From the NCBI GenBank assembly GCA_020137815.1, contig CM035353.1:3968001-4032000 (forward strand): 64,000 bases of DNA, in the 5' to 3' direction. The notes under the pieces are model-generated. The model did no database searches and was not told the DNA's origin. It saw only the letters and a program-made list of their open reading frames with translations. The stretch is from Hormiphora californensis. Taxonomy: Eukaryota; Animalia; Ctenophora. Positions 1 through 13,649 of the stretch are shown in pieces. Position 1 is the first letter of the stretch. Each line of letters opens with the position of its first letter. The translations under genes and the position numbers were made by a program.

Positions 1-47
1 AACCAATTACCAATTAACCAATTAGTCAACTACCAATTACATTACAG

Positions 48-151
48 GCTGAAGCTGAGAAGCGAGCACTGAAAGATGCAGAAATCATTGCAGCAAAAGA
101 GAAGAAGAGTCTGCAGCAAATACTGGAGATGAGTCAAGCTGAAAAGGACAG
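48..151 (+). CDS. Internal exon of an unidentified coiled-coil protein (gene begins outside the window; later exons fall in low-quality sequence)
   Basis: ttacag|...gacag|gtataa boundaries; open frame AEAEKRALKDAEIIAAKEKKSLQQILEMSQAEKDR; a possible terminal exon lies at about 1359-1519. Confidence 0.55.
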
Positions 152-273
152 GTATAATTATAAACCTTTTTTTAAATCCTTTCATCTTTCCCTTCCCCAA
201 CTCTCCCTTTTCTCCTGAGGGGAACACGGACCTATTATACATGTCATGTATTACATGATCTCTATTCTCTACC

Positions 274-505
274 AACTCTCACTCCAACTCAGACTCTCCA
301 CTAACTCTCACTCCAACTCAGACTCTCCACTAACTCTCACTCCAACTCAGACTCTCCACTAACTCTCACTCCAACTCAGACTCTCCACTAACTCTCACTC
401 CAACTCAGACTCTCCACTAACTCTCACTCCAACTCAGACTCTCCACTAACCCTCACTCCAACTCTCCACTAACTCTCACTATACAACTCTCACTCTCCAC
501 TAACC
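274..505. repeat. 29-bp minisatellite (aactctcactccaactcagactctccact), about 6-7 copies
   Basis: Direct tandem periodicity of 29. Confidence 0.9.
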
Positions 506-3500
506 CTTCACTCCAATCAGAGGGAAAAAGCAACGTCTCTGGTTTGGAAAGGGCCGCACTGACTTTGGGGAAATCACCCACAACAAAAAAGTGTAGAGAG
601 AAAAGCAAAAAAGCTGAAACCCGGCCTGGCTATACCCAGAAAGCTTGACATGAAAAATTTCTTTCAAAGGTCCCACATTTGCCCTCACTAAGAGGGGGGC
701 CCCAAAAGGTTGAAACTTCGAATGGAGAAATTTTCCCTTTAAAGGGGTTTAAAACGGAACTCAAAAGTAATGTAAAATTTTGTTTTCTCCCTTTCGGAAG
801 GATTAAATAAATTTATCATTAAAGGGTAAATATAAAAATCCCGTTCTTTTTTTAATTAAAAACTTGTACCATTAAAAGCACACGTTTTTACAATACAATC
901 CGGTTTAATAACCCTCCCCCCCTGGGACTGCCTGGGACAGTTGGACAAGCAAGGCTGACGGAAAGACAGTTGAGGGTTGAGAACGTTGAAAGAGGAAAAC
1001 AGAGAGGGGAAACTTTCCTTTCCGGGAAGGTCTGGAATCCCTTTGGCTAAGGTATAGCTTTTTCTCTCCCTCTCATCTATTTTCCCATTTCTCCCTTTTT
1101 GGGTTAACTTTTCTGGACTCTTTTTCTTTTTTTTTTTTTTAATTTTCCTCCCTCGTTTTCAGTTTGGAGCCTCTCCATTTTCTCCCGGGCCTGCAAAATC
1201 GGTGGGAAATTGGTGGGAGTGTTAATTCAGGAAAAAAGGTGGAAGTTACCTGGGGGAACAGATTATGGGGGTTTCCCCTTTTTTCCCTCTCCTCTTCTCT
1301 TTCCTTTTTTCCTTCTCTCTCCCCCCCTTCCCCCCCTTTTTTCCCTCTATTTCCTTAGGCAAACAAGCTGACAGAAGTAGGATCCCCGGGCCCCGTCCAT
1401 TCTCCATCGCGACTCCCCGGGGATACTCCCCCTCTTCGGCATATAGTCGGGAAGACCACTGTTCGGGGACCTCCCCCAAAAACACCAGACCCAACCGAGA
1501 AGTTTTTGTTTTAATATAATTAATAGGGTGAAAATTTAAACTTAGTTTTGGGAAATTAATCTTGGGGGAGATAATAATATTCGACGGGGTTTGGGGGTAA
1601 GGTCTCAGATTTTAGGAAAATTTCAGGAATAGTTTATTTTATAGTGATGTAAACCCGAAGCTGCCCCAGGGGAAAAAACTACACAATGAAAACACCACCC
1701 ATTTTTACACTGGGACACCCCATTTACTTCATATTTTATGTTTTTTGTCCTTTTTGTTCTTTTTAGAGATTGAATTGAGTCTCTCGACTCTCGTGTGACA
1801 TGATACAATTGTTCCATTATTACTGAGATTCGGTTCAGCCGTGGCCCATTTTGATCACTTTTTATTGTCAAGTTGAGTTGTACCTTTTTACCTGAATGTT
1901 TTTTAAAGCATGCCCCTCTTTTATTTTAAACCCCATCTTTCCCCCGGGCCCCCCCCGTTTAAAAAAAGGAGTTGGCGCCGCTGGACACTGCAGCTGTGTG
2001 TTTGGCTCAAAATGTTTTCTTATTCTTTATCGTTCGCATCAGATAACCACAGATATTTATATCTTAAGTTAATAATAATTTAATATTAAAAAAAATATGT
2101 TAGTTTAGCTCTTTAGATGTCCGAAGATATATCACTTTGTCTTTGAGTTTTTACTTTTTTGAAACAAAATAAAGTTTTTGGGGAGTCTGTACACAGCGTT
2201 TATGACTTTTACAAGGTGGCCCACCTTGTTTAATAGCACGTTATATGTCTCTTAAAATATGGAGGTAGTTGAGAAGGGGGTTGGGTGTTTTTTTTTGTTT
2301 TAAGGGTTTTTTTTTTTTTTGATTTTTTTTTTTACCCCCCTTTTCGATTTAATTTTTGTTTCAGTCGGGACCCCCAATTTAAAGGCACCCTTGTATTGGG
2401 CTCATTGCAATTGGAAAGAGGACATTGAGATCTTTCAAATGAGCCCTATAAAATCAAAATCAGTGCATTTTATTTTGCGCCGATTTTCACTTTCTGTGAG
2501 TAGGACTCATTTGAAAGATTTAATTGTCCCCTTTCCAATAAAATGAGCAGTGCGTAGGCCGTAGCATGGCAAAAGATTTTGCCAATCGGTCAAGAAATGG
2601 CTCAGCTATGCTTGGTCAAAAAATGTGAACCGTGTGTCTAAACGGGTTTTGCTCCAGACGTCGTCTAGACGGGTTTCGGCCCACACGGGCTCGAGACGGA
2701 GTCAGACTGAACTTCTATTGGTGATGTTCTGATTGTTCAGGGTTTGGGCGTCGGGCGACGTGGCCAAGGTTCCGTCTGATTTCTCAGGTTCCGTCTAATT
2801 TCGTCGAACACCGTCTGATTTCGTCCAATTCCATCTAACGCTATTAAATGGGTAGAGACCGTTTCAGACGGGCGTCTAAATGGCACGTCTCAATCCCACC
2901 TGGCGCCTAGACGGAAAACCCGGTGGACGCCAAAAGGGTTACACGCGCGCAGTGCTACCAATCATGCTACGACATTCGGGAGCTTTCCTCTTTTCTCAGC
3001 CCCCGCGCGCTACGTCACGTTCGAAAGTCATCTGTCATCGCCCTAACCCCAAAAACAATTAGTGTATTTATTTCAAAATCATACCAGAACACACTACAAC
3101 TTTGGTCATCTTTCTGATCTCTAAAATGTGAGGCGTTATATTTGATTCATGGACTATTGTTCACTTTTTCTTCTTTTAATTTTGCCGTAGGTGTGTGCTG
3201 ACCCTGTCGGGTGTTTAATAAACACCTTCGACCTCGACATGAACCGGGCGCTTAGGAAGGAAGGAAGAAAAGCTCCCGATTGGAAATCAATTGGGCTCTG
3301 CCCGCGTATGTTATCCAAGTTGTGACAACCGTGACCGACCATGACCGATATGAACCATTTTAGGGTAAAATGTGGTACGAATACGACAAACTATATACAA
3401 AGGGAAGAATCATCGCTACCACGAATATAACACAAGGGAGACGGTCCTGTGACCGTTCCCTTCCCTAACACACTCTCAGTCTATGTTCATCACTCTGCGC

Positions 3501-3848
3501 CGCAATCCCGATAGTCTCCAAACTCTAAACGGTAGAGTTGAGAAGTGACCAGTCGTCGTGCTGTCAGCGTACTTATCCTCCCTCCCTCTTTCGCCACGTG
3601 GCGCTTGTAATCACTGCACGTCTGTAGACATAACAACCCTTGTTATGCAACGTCAACCCTCTCACTCGTACTGCCTAATCCTCCCAGAGAAGTCATAACA
3701 AAGAAGGCAGGCCAGTTGACGTCAGGGAGGAAGATGAGTCATCGTAACCAGCACCACTGCACCACGTATATCGGGATATCGTATATGAAAATAGAAAGGG
3801 GGGGGTTAGAAGGGGGTTAGGATCATATAATCCCGATAACATGTGGAC

Positions 3849-3957
3849 ATCAGTAATAAGGAGAGTGAATACCGGCGGCCTCTTAGGTTGGTAAACATGT
3901 AAACTTGGTGTTTACCAACCTAAAAGGCCGCCGGTATTCACTCTTCTTATTACTGAT
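3849..3957. mobile_element. Small hairpin/MITE-like inverted repeat
   Basis: Near-perfect arms of about 49 bp (atcagtaataag..gtaaaca / tgtttac..cttattactgat) with an 11-nt spacer. Confidence 0.7.
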
Positions 3958-4291
3958 TTCAATGCTCCTCATAAGCCCTTGACCACTCCAATCCCTGTTA
4001 TGTGAACAGCAGTCATGTTTCTCTGGTCTGCTAAAAATATGTCGAATACTAAAACACGGAATGTTATAACAAAGGTTAAGAAATTGGGATATATAAACAA
4101 AGTACAAAATTTAACTTAAATAGAACGTGTGGTCAGTTGGTGTAGCGAAAGAACTGCAGCAGTTCGTGTCACAACGAGAAGGTAATCGAGAGAGGTCAGA
4201 GGGGTGGATTTATATTTCAGAATAGTGGATGGGGACGATGATGTGACTAAATCGGTGAGCAAATAAAACATAAACAACTAAAAAACAGACT

Positions 4292-5479
4292 TTACAAGTC
4301 GTCTCTACTCTTCCACTCCTTGATTTCACAAGCCAACCTCTCACAATCATAATCAAATAGGAAACAATCATCTTTGAACCACTGCACAAATGCATCAATG
4401 GTATCATCAGCAAGCTGTCCGTAATATTCAAACACATCTGCATACTGATCAGAGTCCTTCCTCGCATCGTTGATATTTGACTTCTTTTTGTTATCAATTT
4501 TGATGTCCGATGCTCCAATTACATCCAAAAACATGGGAAATTCACACATATAATCCTCTGTTTTTAAGATATACTCATAGTTTTCTTTGCATGGCGCACA
4601 CCGCTCAGTCATCTCGGACCAGTGCTCGTTCCGCCAGTGATCTGTTAGCAGATTTTTGATGAACTCTGGGAAAGTCGCCGAAACTGGATTAAGATAAGGG
4701 TTGGTAGACCCATTCACATAAACACTTACACCTCTCTCATATGGGATTGTTTTAGACATCTCCTTGGCTTCGTTTAACATGTTGTCCCTTCTGCTATCTT
4801 CGAAGGATATAAATCTATGATGCCGCACAATATCATTAAAAACGTGATCTCTATAGGGGTTCCCTGGTCCCAGAGCTTGGATTTTATCACGATACGCCGA
4901 GAGAACTCGATCGAAAGGGTTTCGCACGGTTAACAGTTTAGGAGTTCCTGTAGGTGCTTTCTTTTTGTGAACTCCCTTCTCTCTCCATTCGCCTGCCCCA
5001 ATATCGTCACAGATGTTAGCACTAAAGTATGGCGGACAAAAGTGGGCCTCGGTAAAAGAACTGGCAGCTTTGAAAATGGGGCAATAAACAATCCCCTGCT
5101 TTCCTGTCTTGTCCAAAAACCATGTTTCACTTGGGACGGAGACTTGTCTGTATTGTTTCAGACTCTTACACCGCTCCTGGACAAATTTCCTGCGCTCTTT
5201 AATTAGTTCTAAAAATGTCTCAGAATCGGTGGAACAATTCGTTGGAGGGGGTTTTAACCGTGGTTCACACACCGGTTCCGAGATGGGTTCAGTGGGTAGT
5301 TGGGCGGGGTTAGTCGGTTCTAACACATCTTTTTGATGTACATTATTATAGCATATTGATTTCTTCACCGGTTCCGAGATAGGATGGTGAAGTAGGAGTG
5401 CCCCTAGAGTCATGACCACCATCGTGTAGACGATCAAGTAAAGAATCTTCGTCAGGGTGCCATGGGTAGTTTTTTTCAT
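4292..5479 (-). CDS. Golgi carbohydrate sulfotransferase (Sulfotransfer_2, CHST8-14/HNK-1ST-like), single coding exon
   Basis: 395 aa; N-terminal type II TM; 5'-PSB YCPIFKAASS; 3'-PB VRNPFDRVLSAYRDK; NEHW and CAPC..YEYILKTE motifs; splice acceptor (cttttag) just upstream of the ATG. Confidence 0.9.
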   Translation of the reverse strand: MKKTTHGTLTKILYLIVYTMVVMTLGALLLHHPISEPVKKSICYNNVHQKDVLEPTNPAQLPTEPISEPVCEPRLKPPPTNCSTDSETFLELIKERRKFVQERCKSLKQYRQVSVPSETWFLDKTGKQGIVYCPIFKAASSFTEAHFCPPYFSANICDDIGAGEWREKGVHKKKAPTGTPKLLTVRNPFDRVLSAYRDKIQALGPGNPYRDHVFNDIVRHHRFISFEDSRRDNMLNEAKEMSKTIPYERGVSVYVNGSTNPYLNPVSATFPEFIKNLLTDHWRNEHWSEMTERCAPCKENYEYILKTEDYMCEFPMFLDVIGASDIKIDNKKKSNINDARKDSDQYADVFEYYGQLADDTIDAFVQWFKDDCFLFDYDCERLACEIKEWKSRDDL

Positions 5480-5710
5480 CGCAATTGCAAGGATTGCACT
5501 CCTAAAAAGTAAGTAATGGTTTTAATGACAAACTGCTAGGCAGGGGTGGCGGAACCGGGAGGGGGGGGGGGTTTCATGGTGCTCTAAATGGTTTCCCTGC
5601 CACGAATGGGTGTAAAACTAATATAGCTAAGCTTCAAAACTGGATTTCATGACGAATTTTGCAAATTTTTGGCTAATGCGATGTTAGTTGTTATTATGGT
5701 ATCCACAATG

Positions 5711-5787
5711 GTTGCTATGGTAATCAAAGCAGTTGCTATGGTAACCAAGGCAGTTGCTATAGTAACCAAGGCAGTTGCTTAGGAAAC
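5711..5787. repeat. 21-bp tandem repeat carrying X-box-like GTTGCTATGGTAAC motifs (4 copies)
   Basis: Motifs start at 5711, 5732, 5753 and 5774. Confidence 0.75.
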
Positions 5788-8700
5788 CCTAGTTGGTTAC
5801 CAAGTGCTTCAAATTGAGTCACTCGCAACGGTGTGATAGTACAACGTGTATTTTCATACTTGGAAGACTTGCTATCACGTCATAGCATGGCTGCAGCGTA
5901 CCAAAAGTGATTTCTAAACCCGTGCGTGCTAAAAAGATCATCCGGGTGAATACCGAAGGCATTCACCTGGGCAGGGAAAAAATCAAACTTTTCAAGAAAT
6001 ACAACATATTTCAAACAAAAAAGGTGGGTTGAAACAAAATTGAGTTGAAAAACATCCATGCTTTTTATGGCGGGCGGGGGATATCAGACAAATTTTCACC
6101 TGATGATATTTATATAGCGGAGCTTAGGAGGGTAGTGTAAGATCTAAGTGTCTCTTGAGAGTTGAGCCTATCTGTAACCTAGACCTTCTCTTGACTGTGG
6201 CCTGGTCCCTAAACGCTCACACACTATAGTGTGAGCCTTTGGGTACTACTACATAGTTCATTCCATATCACTGCACCTCATGTGTGTTACAGTACATCAC
6301 ATGTCAACTCAACTCAGAGGCTGTATCGTCTACTGTGTAGTGTGTAGTCTATATCCTCCAAGTTCTAACCGCTATTCCCATAGTGGCAGAACAAAGTTCT
6401 AAACAAGTGTTTTGTGGGTAAAGATAAAAGCGCGTAAGAGAACAGATCAACTTCGCGACATCACACCATCACTTGCACAACCAGATACTCAGTACAAGGC
6501 TGTCTGGCGCCGCAGACCCTATCTAAGATTTGAGAATTAAATCGGGGTCTAGCGCCGCCAGACAGGTACAAGGGTGATACCGGGAGAGCAAGATCTAAAC
6601 ATGAACTCCATACGGTACTCTAGAGTGCTCTAACAAGCACAGTTATCTCACAGCTTAAATATTAAACCACAATGGCTTCGCATTCAGACTCCGAGGTACT
6701 GCTAGCCCAATAACCTCCAACTTGCGCCAAACATGATGACATCTCAATCCTCGCTATCACTATCACAATCATAACAAGAATAAATGCATTATGTTTCATA
6801 ATGCTATGTTTCCCCGCCAACCTTTCATCCCTAACATGAAGTCGGACAGACATTTCGGATGATTTATAGATCAAGCAAATAGTAAAGTCCAATTTTTTAT
6901 TTAAGCGACAGGCCGCTGCGCATCAAAATGCAGCGCTTGAAATCGATTTCCGGTTCCTGATAAGCTAGCGACTTTTTCTTGGTGCCATTGGAAAGATAAA
7001 AATTTTATCTTTCCAACGCAACCAAGATCAAGTCTTTATCTTATCAGGAACCGGAGATATGGCCAATTAACTAATTAAAAAATTCGACTATATAGAACAA
7101 ATCCTTGTGTTTTAGTTGCACTAAATTGCGCGCCACATTGCGGAATTGCGCGCCACACATTTCCTGAAAACTTGTCAATGAAGTGGTTTATGAAGGAGCA
7201 GGTTTTTGTTGTGTGCGCGGCTCTAGTTGCTACATGTTGCCCCTCGCAACCTGAAACGGGACAAGAGAGCTGACTTGCTACACATAGTCACTATATCCGT
7301 TTAGATTTCTAAACCCCTATGCCTTTTTGCAAAAGGCATCCGGGTGAAGGCCTTCGGCCTTCACCCGGGCGGGGAAAAAATGCATCTCAGTATCTCACAA
7401 TCACATGACATCATGTAAAATAATAATTCTTACCCCCATCACATGCAGCGGGGGGAACTCAGAAATGAGTTCTTCGTGCCAGCTGAGCTCTTCAAGCTCA
7501 GTCCCGTTGCCGTGGACCTGGTTGGCTGATGGTCCAGTGATTACGGTCAAATCACACCGGCTCTCTCCCCAAGTACGGGGAGTAAATTTTGCCAGAGACC
7601 TTGCCGGACTCAAATATGGCACCGAGCTCTTGCAGTGAAACTATACCAGTTGAACTGATAACCTCACCCCCGCCAGTAACTTTGTTACACATGGCACCGA
7701 GCTCTTGCAGTGCAACTGATCCCAGTTGAACTGATAATCTCACTTGAAATAGGGTCTATCCCTAGGTTGAGTAAACGGAATTTATTAAATTAAATCCCAG
7801 TTACTAAGCCTACTTAATCGCGGTCGCTGATGACCATTATGAATCAGCACATAACCTCCATGATAACAATGGCTAGACTACCGGGACATTGCCGAGAATA
7901 TTCTCACTCCCGACCAAACACTCGACCTGATAAAACTCACCTAACTTACAGCCAGATGCAACCACCCCTAACCATCCTGACCTGAAACAGGTAACAGAGT
8001 CGAGACTGTTACCTAGGAGGGACTACACACATGCACATCTACCTTAGGACCCGCGAGTAATGGGGCAGGTCTGGGCCCACTCGGCCACCCCGCCTCCTTA
8101 GGCAAGTATTAAATTCGCAAAATGCACACCACTGGGGGCTGATACTTGCGCAATGCCTCACAGTGTTACTTTAAGTGTAGACACTTAACCGTGCAATATA
8201 AGTCTAAGAAATTAGACTTTTCATGACCTCCTGGCTGTATGCAGATCTGTGTACTAGCGGTATCGACCCAAGGCCTAGAGTGTGATAAGATTTGTCAACC
8301 GACACAGGCCTAACGGGCTGTGAGTTATCGCTAGTGACAAATTCGGAAGACCCACCTACTTCTACAGCTCCTTGCAGCAGTAGTAACCGAAGACCAGCCA
8401 GGGAGGCAGGTAAATTTCACCCATTGTCCTAACATACAAGACACGCTGGTCTCTATTAAGCCGTGAATCAAAACTCTTCTTGTGGTGCCGGAACAGTTCG
8501 AGGGAAATGTGGAGCTTGCTCTGCAGAACACCAGGACTGAACCGGAGAACACCAACACTGTCCCTTTGTGTGGAGGGTAGTGGCGTGGAGTGATTATAAT
8601 GGAGGTCGGCTGTCGACCTATGATGGGGCAGCACAGTGGGCGGAATGATGGGAGGTGCTAAACACACACACACCCCCATCACATACCACTCACGAGCACC

Positions 8701-8803
8701 AATGAAACCCAACAGCGGCGACCAATCCTCAGCCCGAGGAAGCCCACGTGGTAAACCAATATAGGCCAACCAAAGACGGAATGCTAACATATGCATACAG
8801 CAT

Positions 8804-8907
<104 letters not shown>

Positions 8908-9712
8908 GATCACGCATAGATAGGGACAGGATATGCCATGGTCCTAGTAATTTTTCATGATATGTATACATATAATATGTTTGTTTAGTGGCAGCCCTGT
9001 CCACAGAATGTACAGGGAAAGCCCAAGAATCGTACCCCACTTTTTACCCGTTGCCATGATAAGAGCGATCTGGTGTCCGACAGGCTTCTATTATAGCAGT
9101 GCCCCGTACCAATTTACACTCGGAAAACCATACAAATATTTGTCAGGCACTGACTGTACATCGCGGCCTCACGTACTACGCGGCCTCACGTAGCCGGTAG
9201 CCGCACCGGGCTGAAGGAGAGGACGGCCTTGTATATGAGACCAACAAATCTATGAAAAGCCCACTAATCGGGTTATGGTCACGTGATCTCTCATTCTCTC
9301 CAATAGGCGTTTAGCACGTTGACCAATCAGCGGTTAGCACGTATGCCCTCTTTTCTCGCATCTCGACCTCCCGATTACTCGGTATTCTCTTTTCTTTCTC
9401 CCCTTAGTTAATGTAACTGAATAGCTAAAATCTAAATTTGCCCTTTGGCTATAAACATATCTTGATAAGGTTAGACCATTGCCATACCGATTGCCTAGTA
9501 TAATGGTCCCTACGTTATTGTAACAACTAAATAATAGCAGCGATACCTATAATCGCCCTATGATCAGTAGGTCAGCTATTTTCTTGAAGGAATGGGCAAT
9601 GGCCTTCCCTGTCAAAAATATGGTGCCACGTACGTACTATTTATCTCTTCTCTTTTTACATATAATCACGGCCGGCATACCAGTGCCCCCTAATGGATCA
9701 TGGACCCAGAGA

Positions 9713-9957
9713 TACCTTACTCTCGTTAATTAAGCTCGCATATTTCAAGAAACTTTTAAATAAGAAACTTTTTTTCTAGGAAACTACAGGTGTTAGCAAT
9801 CCAAAAACAAAAAGAATTTCTCCTTTATCAAGCAACTAAACAAGTTAGGGGTGTTCTGTTTTGTTGTGGCGTCCCTGAATTGTGTAATTTACATTTTAAA
9901 AGTTTCTTATAAAAAAGTTTCTTACTAAAGCGTTTCTTAAAAAACGAGAGTAAGGTA
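9713..9957. mobile_element. MITE with TIR taccttactctcgtt / aacgagagtaaggta (TA-flanked, Tc1/mariner-like)
   Basis: Terminal inverted repeats seen directly. Confidence 0.7.
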
Positions 9958-10467
9958 TACTGAAAGAGAAACAAGTAGAAGCACGAGATCCTACTAGAGA
10001 TCGTGTGCCCTACAGAACTAAAGACGGCTCTAAAACAAACTAACTCAATAATTCAATACACATAACAATAGCAATTGTATACATATCGACACTCCTTTTA
10101 GCGAGTAATTAAACGGGGAAATAAATGGGGAAAGAGAATCGTTTGAACTTCATTCAAACACATCGTGATTTCCCGTAACTCAATGTGTAAGGGTCCTGAA
10201 TCGCGTCAAAAAAGTTAAGACTGTAAAAAATACGACATTTTTCACCGTAGTACTATACCCCAAATCTTATCCAATCGACATGAAACTTGGTCAGTTATAC
10301 CTATGTGCCAGGGGTTCCCAGGAAACGGATTGGCAAGATGAGAGCTGGCTGGAGTTCTTAAAACGAGCTAGCCCTCAACCCCACTGTGAAAAATGAGGCC
10401 TTTTTAATTTTTTTGCGGGCGCCTGTTACGTTCTGGGTGTTTCGTGGCCTGTTTTTTTACTGGTGGG

Positions 10468-10855
10468 CGCTGCCAAAAAGTTGATTCACTAAACTGGCTC
10501 TAACCGCTAAACCACTCAAACGTTTTGGCTAATTCAAAGTTTAACTGGTAGTAAATTTCAAGGCCTAACCCCAGCCCAAACCCCAACCCTAACCCTAACC
10601 CTAAAACCCGTTTGTCAGCACTCACGAAACACCCAGATTTCAACGCTGGTTGGCATACGTTGCAGGCCCTCGGTGTTTTGGGAGTGCTGACAAACGGTTT
10701 TTTAGGGTTAGGGCTAAAGTAGGGTTAGGGTTAGGGTTGGGGTTTGGGTTGGGGTTAGGCCTTGACATTCCCTACCAGATAAACTTTGAATCAGCCAAAA
10801 CGGTTGAGTGGTTTGGCGGTTAGAGCCATTTTAGTGAATCAACATTTTTGGCAGT
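10468..10855. mobile_element. Degenerate foldback element with CCCTAA/TTAGGG tracts in its arms
   Basis: Long imperfect inverted repeat; telomere-like hexamers mirrored on the two arms. Confidence 0.75.
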
Positions 10856-11006
10856 GCGGACCTGTAAACAGGCCTCCAAACACCCAGATCGTAACGGCGC
10901 CCAACAACGCTGGCCCGGGCGCGATTATAATCTGGGTGCCTTGCAGCCTGTTTACAGGTGCGCGCTACCAAAATAGTATACTTAGACCGACTTTTTTCAG
11001 ACGGCT

Positions 11007-11564
11007 ATAGCCATGGAACCACATGGCCGATTTGAGTAAACTAAACGGTATCAGTTAGAGAATCGATAGCCCTAACCGATAACCCCAAACCAAACCCTAA
11101 CCAGACCCTAACGGATAGCCCTAACCCGTCGCGCGCGCCAAAACTACGAATTGTTAGCAATGAAAGGCACCCAGATTTTAACGTTTTCCGTTTTGGGTGG
11201 AAACCGCAAATTCGATTCGACTTTTTTAAATTAGCGCGCGCTGATCTTTTTCCGCTGCATTTAAATGTAACACGCGAAAAATGGTCTGATGAGCGCTGCC
11301 GCGATTTAGCTCTTTTTAACGCGCGCTCCATAAACTTCAGTTTCGGCAAAATCGAAACTTCGCAAAAAAAGGGGGCCAGCGGGAAAACGTTAAAATCTGG
11401 GTGCCTTTCATTGCTAACAATTCGTAGTTTTGGCGCGCGCGACGGGTTAGGGCTATCCGTTAGGGTATGGTTAGGGTTTGGTTTGGGGTTATCGGTTAGG
11501 GCTATCGATTCTCTAACTGATACCGTTTAGTTTACTCAAATCGGCCATGTGGTTCCATGGCTAT
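11007..11564. mobile_element. Young foldback with near-perfect arms of about 180 bp containing CCCTAA-like units, inside a dispersed repeat
   Basis: Arms about 11007-11189 and 11382-11564; a related repeat lacking this hairpin lies at about 20080-20255 (- strand). Confidence 0.8.
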
Positions 11565-12909
11565 GGAGGCGAGACACTGTGTTGAGACGCGCACAATGCG
11601 ACGCGCATGCGACGCGCATTTTGGCATTGCGACGCGCACCCTGTTTTGAATTTCGAGTAAAACTGCCAAAAAAGTTGAAAAAATTTTGTCTCCAAAAGTT
11701 TCAAAATCTTTTTTGTTTGGAATGCGCTGCAGCCCCCTCATGCGCGCACCCCCGCAACGAGGGGACTGGAGGGAATGCCGCGCGCGCGTTTGGCCTGATC
11801 CCGGCTGGGTCGAAGATAACTTTGCGGTCGAAAAAACGGCGGTGCTTATAACTTTGGCTCCTGAAGTCCGTTTGACTTGATTCTTTCACCAGTTGTTAGA
11901 TCTGACGATTATCTACCTTGCTGTTTTTAAGAGAAGTTAATTGGACTTAAGGAGGCTGAGCAATAGCCGTTGAAAGATGGGTTGTTTTCAAAAAGTGACG
12001 TCATAGATTCTTGCAGGGACACCTTTTTAAAAATTTCATTCAAATTTTGATTTTACCGCACTCGATTTTGCGGAGTTTGGTTCATATCTCCTGTTCCTGA
12101 TAAGATAGAGACCTGAAACCGGTTGCATTTGAAAGCTGTTATCTTCCTCTTTCCAACGCTACCAAAACGATTTCTGTACCTTATCTGGAACCGGAGATAT
12201 GATTGATTATGTATTCCCCCCTAGCGCGGTATTCCCTCCAGGCCCCTTATATTATATTATAAGGGGCCTGCAACGTATGCCAACTTTTTTGTTTGACTTA
12301 CGGCATGCTTGCGGACGAAAATAAGTTGGATAACGGTGGAGTAAAATCCCTTTTATGGTCAAATTTTGACTTTTTTGGCAATAACTCTGTCATTTCTTGT
12401 CCACATCGCACAATCTTAGGCTCGTTGGGAAGAGAGTATCGAGGACTTTCCAATGATTAAACGGTCAATAAAGTCAGGGCTAAATCTCTGAGGCTGTGTT
12501 TAAAAAAGGCGTGTTTTGAAGCTTTCTGTGTAATTTTTTCGCCATTGTAGCGCTGATTTTGATGTCCTGAGCTGTAGTCAAGCTTTCAATTTGAAGGAGC
12601 TCAATGCAAAATTTTCAAAAACGTCTCTACCAAACCTATTGCGTAGCAGATAGACAACCATACGTTTTTGAGTTAATTAGATATGTTAAAGTCGAACGCT
12701 GATTTACCAGCGTGCTCAAGGGAATTGAATAAACCAAAACCCAAATACATTTCCGTCTTCTCCAGCTGTACAAGTGTCCTGATTGGTAAAATATTTCTGT
12801 GAATCATCTGGCACGAGATAAACCTGAGATTTGTTGATAGCAAGTGATCAATGTTAGATTTATAAGATTAACAAGATTTACAAATAAGTTTCAGTTACAA
12901 TACAGGAGG

Positions 12910-13574
12910 TATAAACTCTTGCCAGTGGCGCGTTATTTCAGATACCTTTCTCCCAGCGCGCCGCTGGGAGAAGGTAGCTGTAGTTTATCCGCCACTGGCG
13001 GATAAACTGGTTTAAATCACGACGACGATCCCGAGGCGTAGCCGAGGGAGAGGCGGAGGGGTTTAAACCTATAACGCGTCTGTGGCAAGAGTTTATAGGT
13101 TATATACCCTGCTTTAGTTGTTTGTTACAAGTATTACACACTAACAAGAGAGAGCACACTAATCAAAACACACAAAGAGAACTGAGAAACAGTCAAAAAC
13201 ATCTCTCAATTGAGTGTACATTGTTTGGTAACAGTTACTAAGGAGAGAGAGAGAAAGAAATAACAAGATATGGGGCATGCCAGACATAACACAGAGGAAT
13301 TGAGATAGTGAAACAAAAGGGAAGATAAAGAGAGAGTAATTGACGGAATGTGTTGTTTCTTTCTCTCCAATTTAGTGTGTAACTCTTCCAAACAGTGTTC
13401 CCTCTGTATTTCAGTAAGAACTGATCATTTACACACACTTTGAATGTAACATAGAAGTTAAAAATAAATAACCTGCCAGTGGGAAATAATCTGCCGCTGG
13501 ACTGGCTGGTTATCGAGAGCGCGCTAGTGGGACTTCTCGCAACTGGCGCATTATTTAAGTTAGCAGGGTATATA
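12910..13574 (+). mobile_element. Non-autonomous DNA element of about 660 bp (copy 1) with internal palindromes and a ccgaggcgtagccgagg motif
   Basis: Highly similar copy at 30481-31137; internal IR tatataccctgct/agcagggtatata. Confidence 0.8.
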
Positions 13575-13649
13575 CTATCATAACAACGCACTCAGCAAAA
13601 GCATCCGCGTGGGCAATGATGTGGCATGAAAATGTGAAGGAGTGAGGTG

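Noticed and set aside
48-151. Coiled-coil exon as part of MAD1
   Set aside because: Only vague similarity, on the opposite strand, and it appears to have its own terminal exon
500-2340. Short ORFs and homopolymer-rich sequence
   Set aside because: Looks like low-quality read sequence; ORFs are not interpretable
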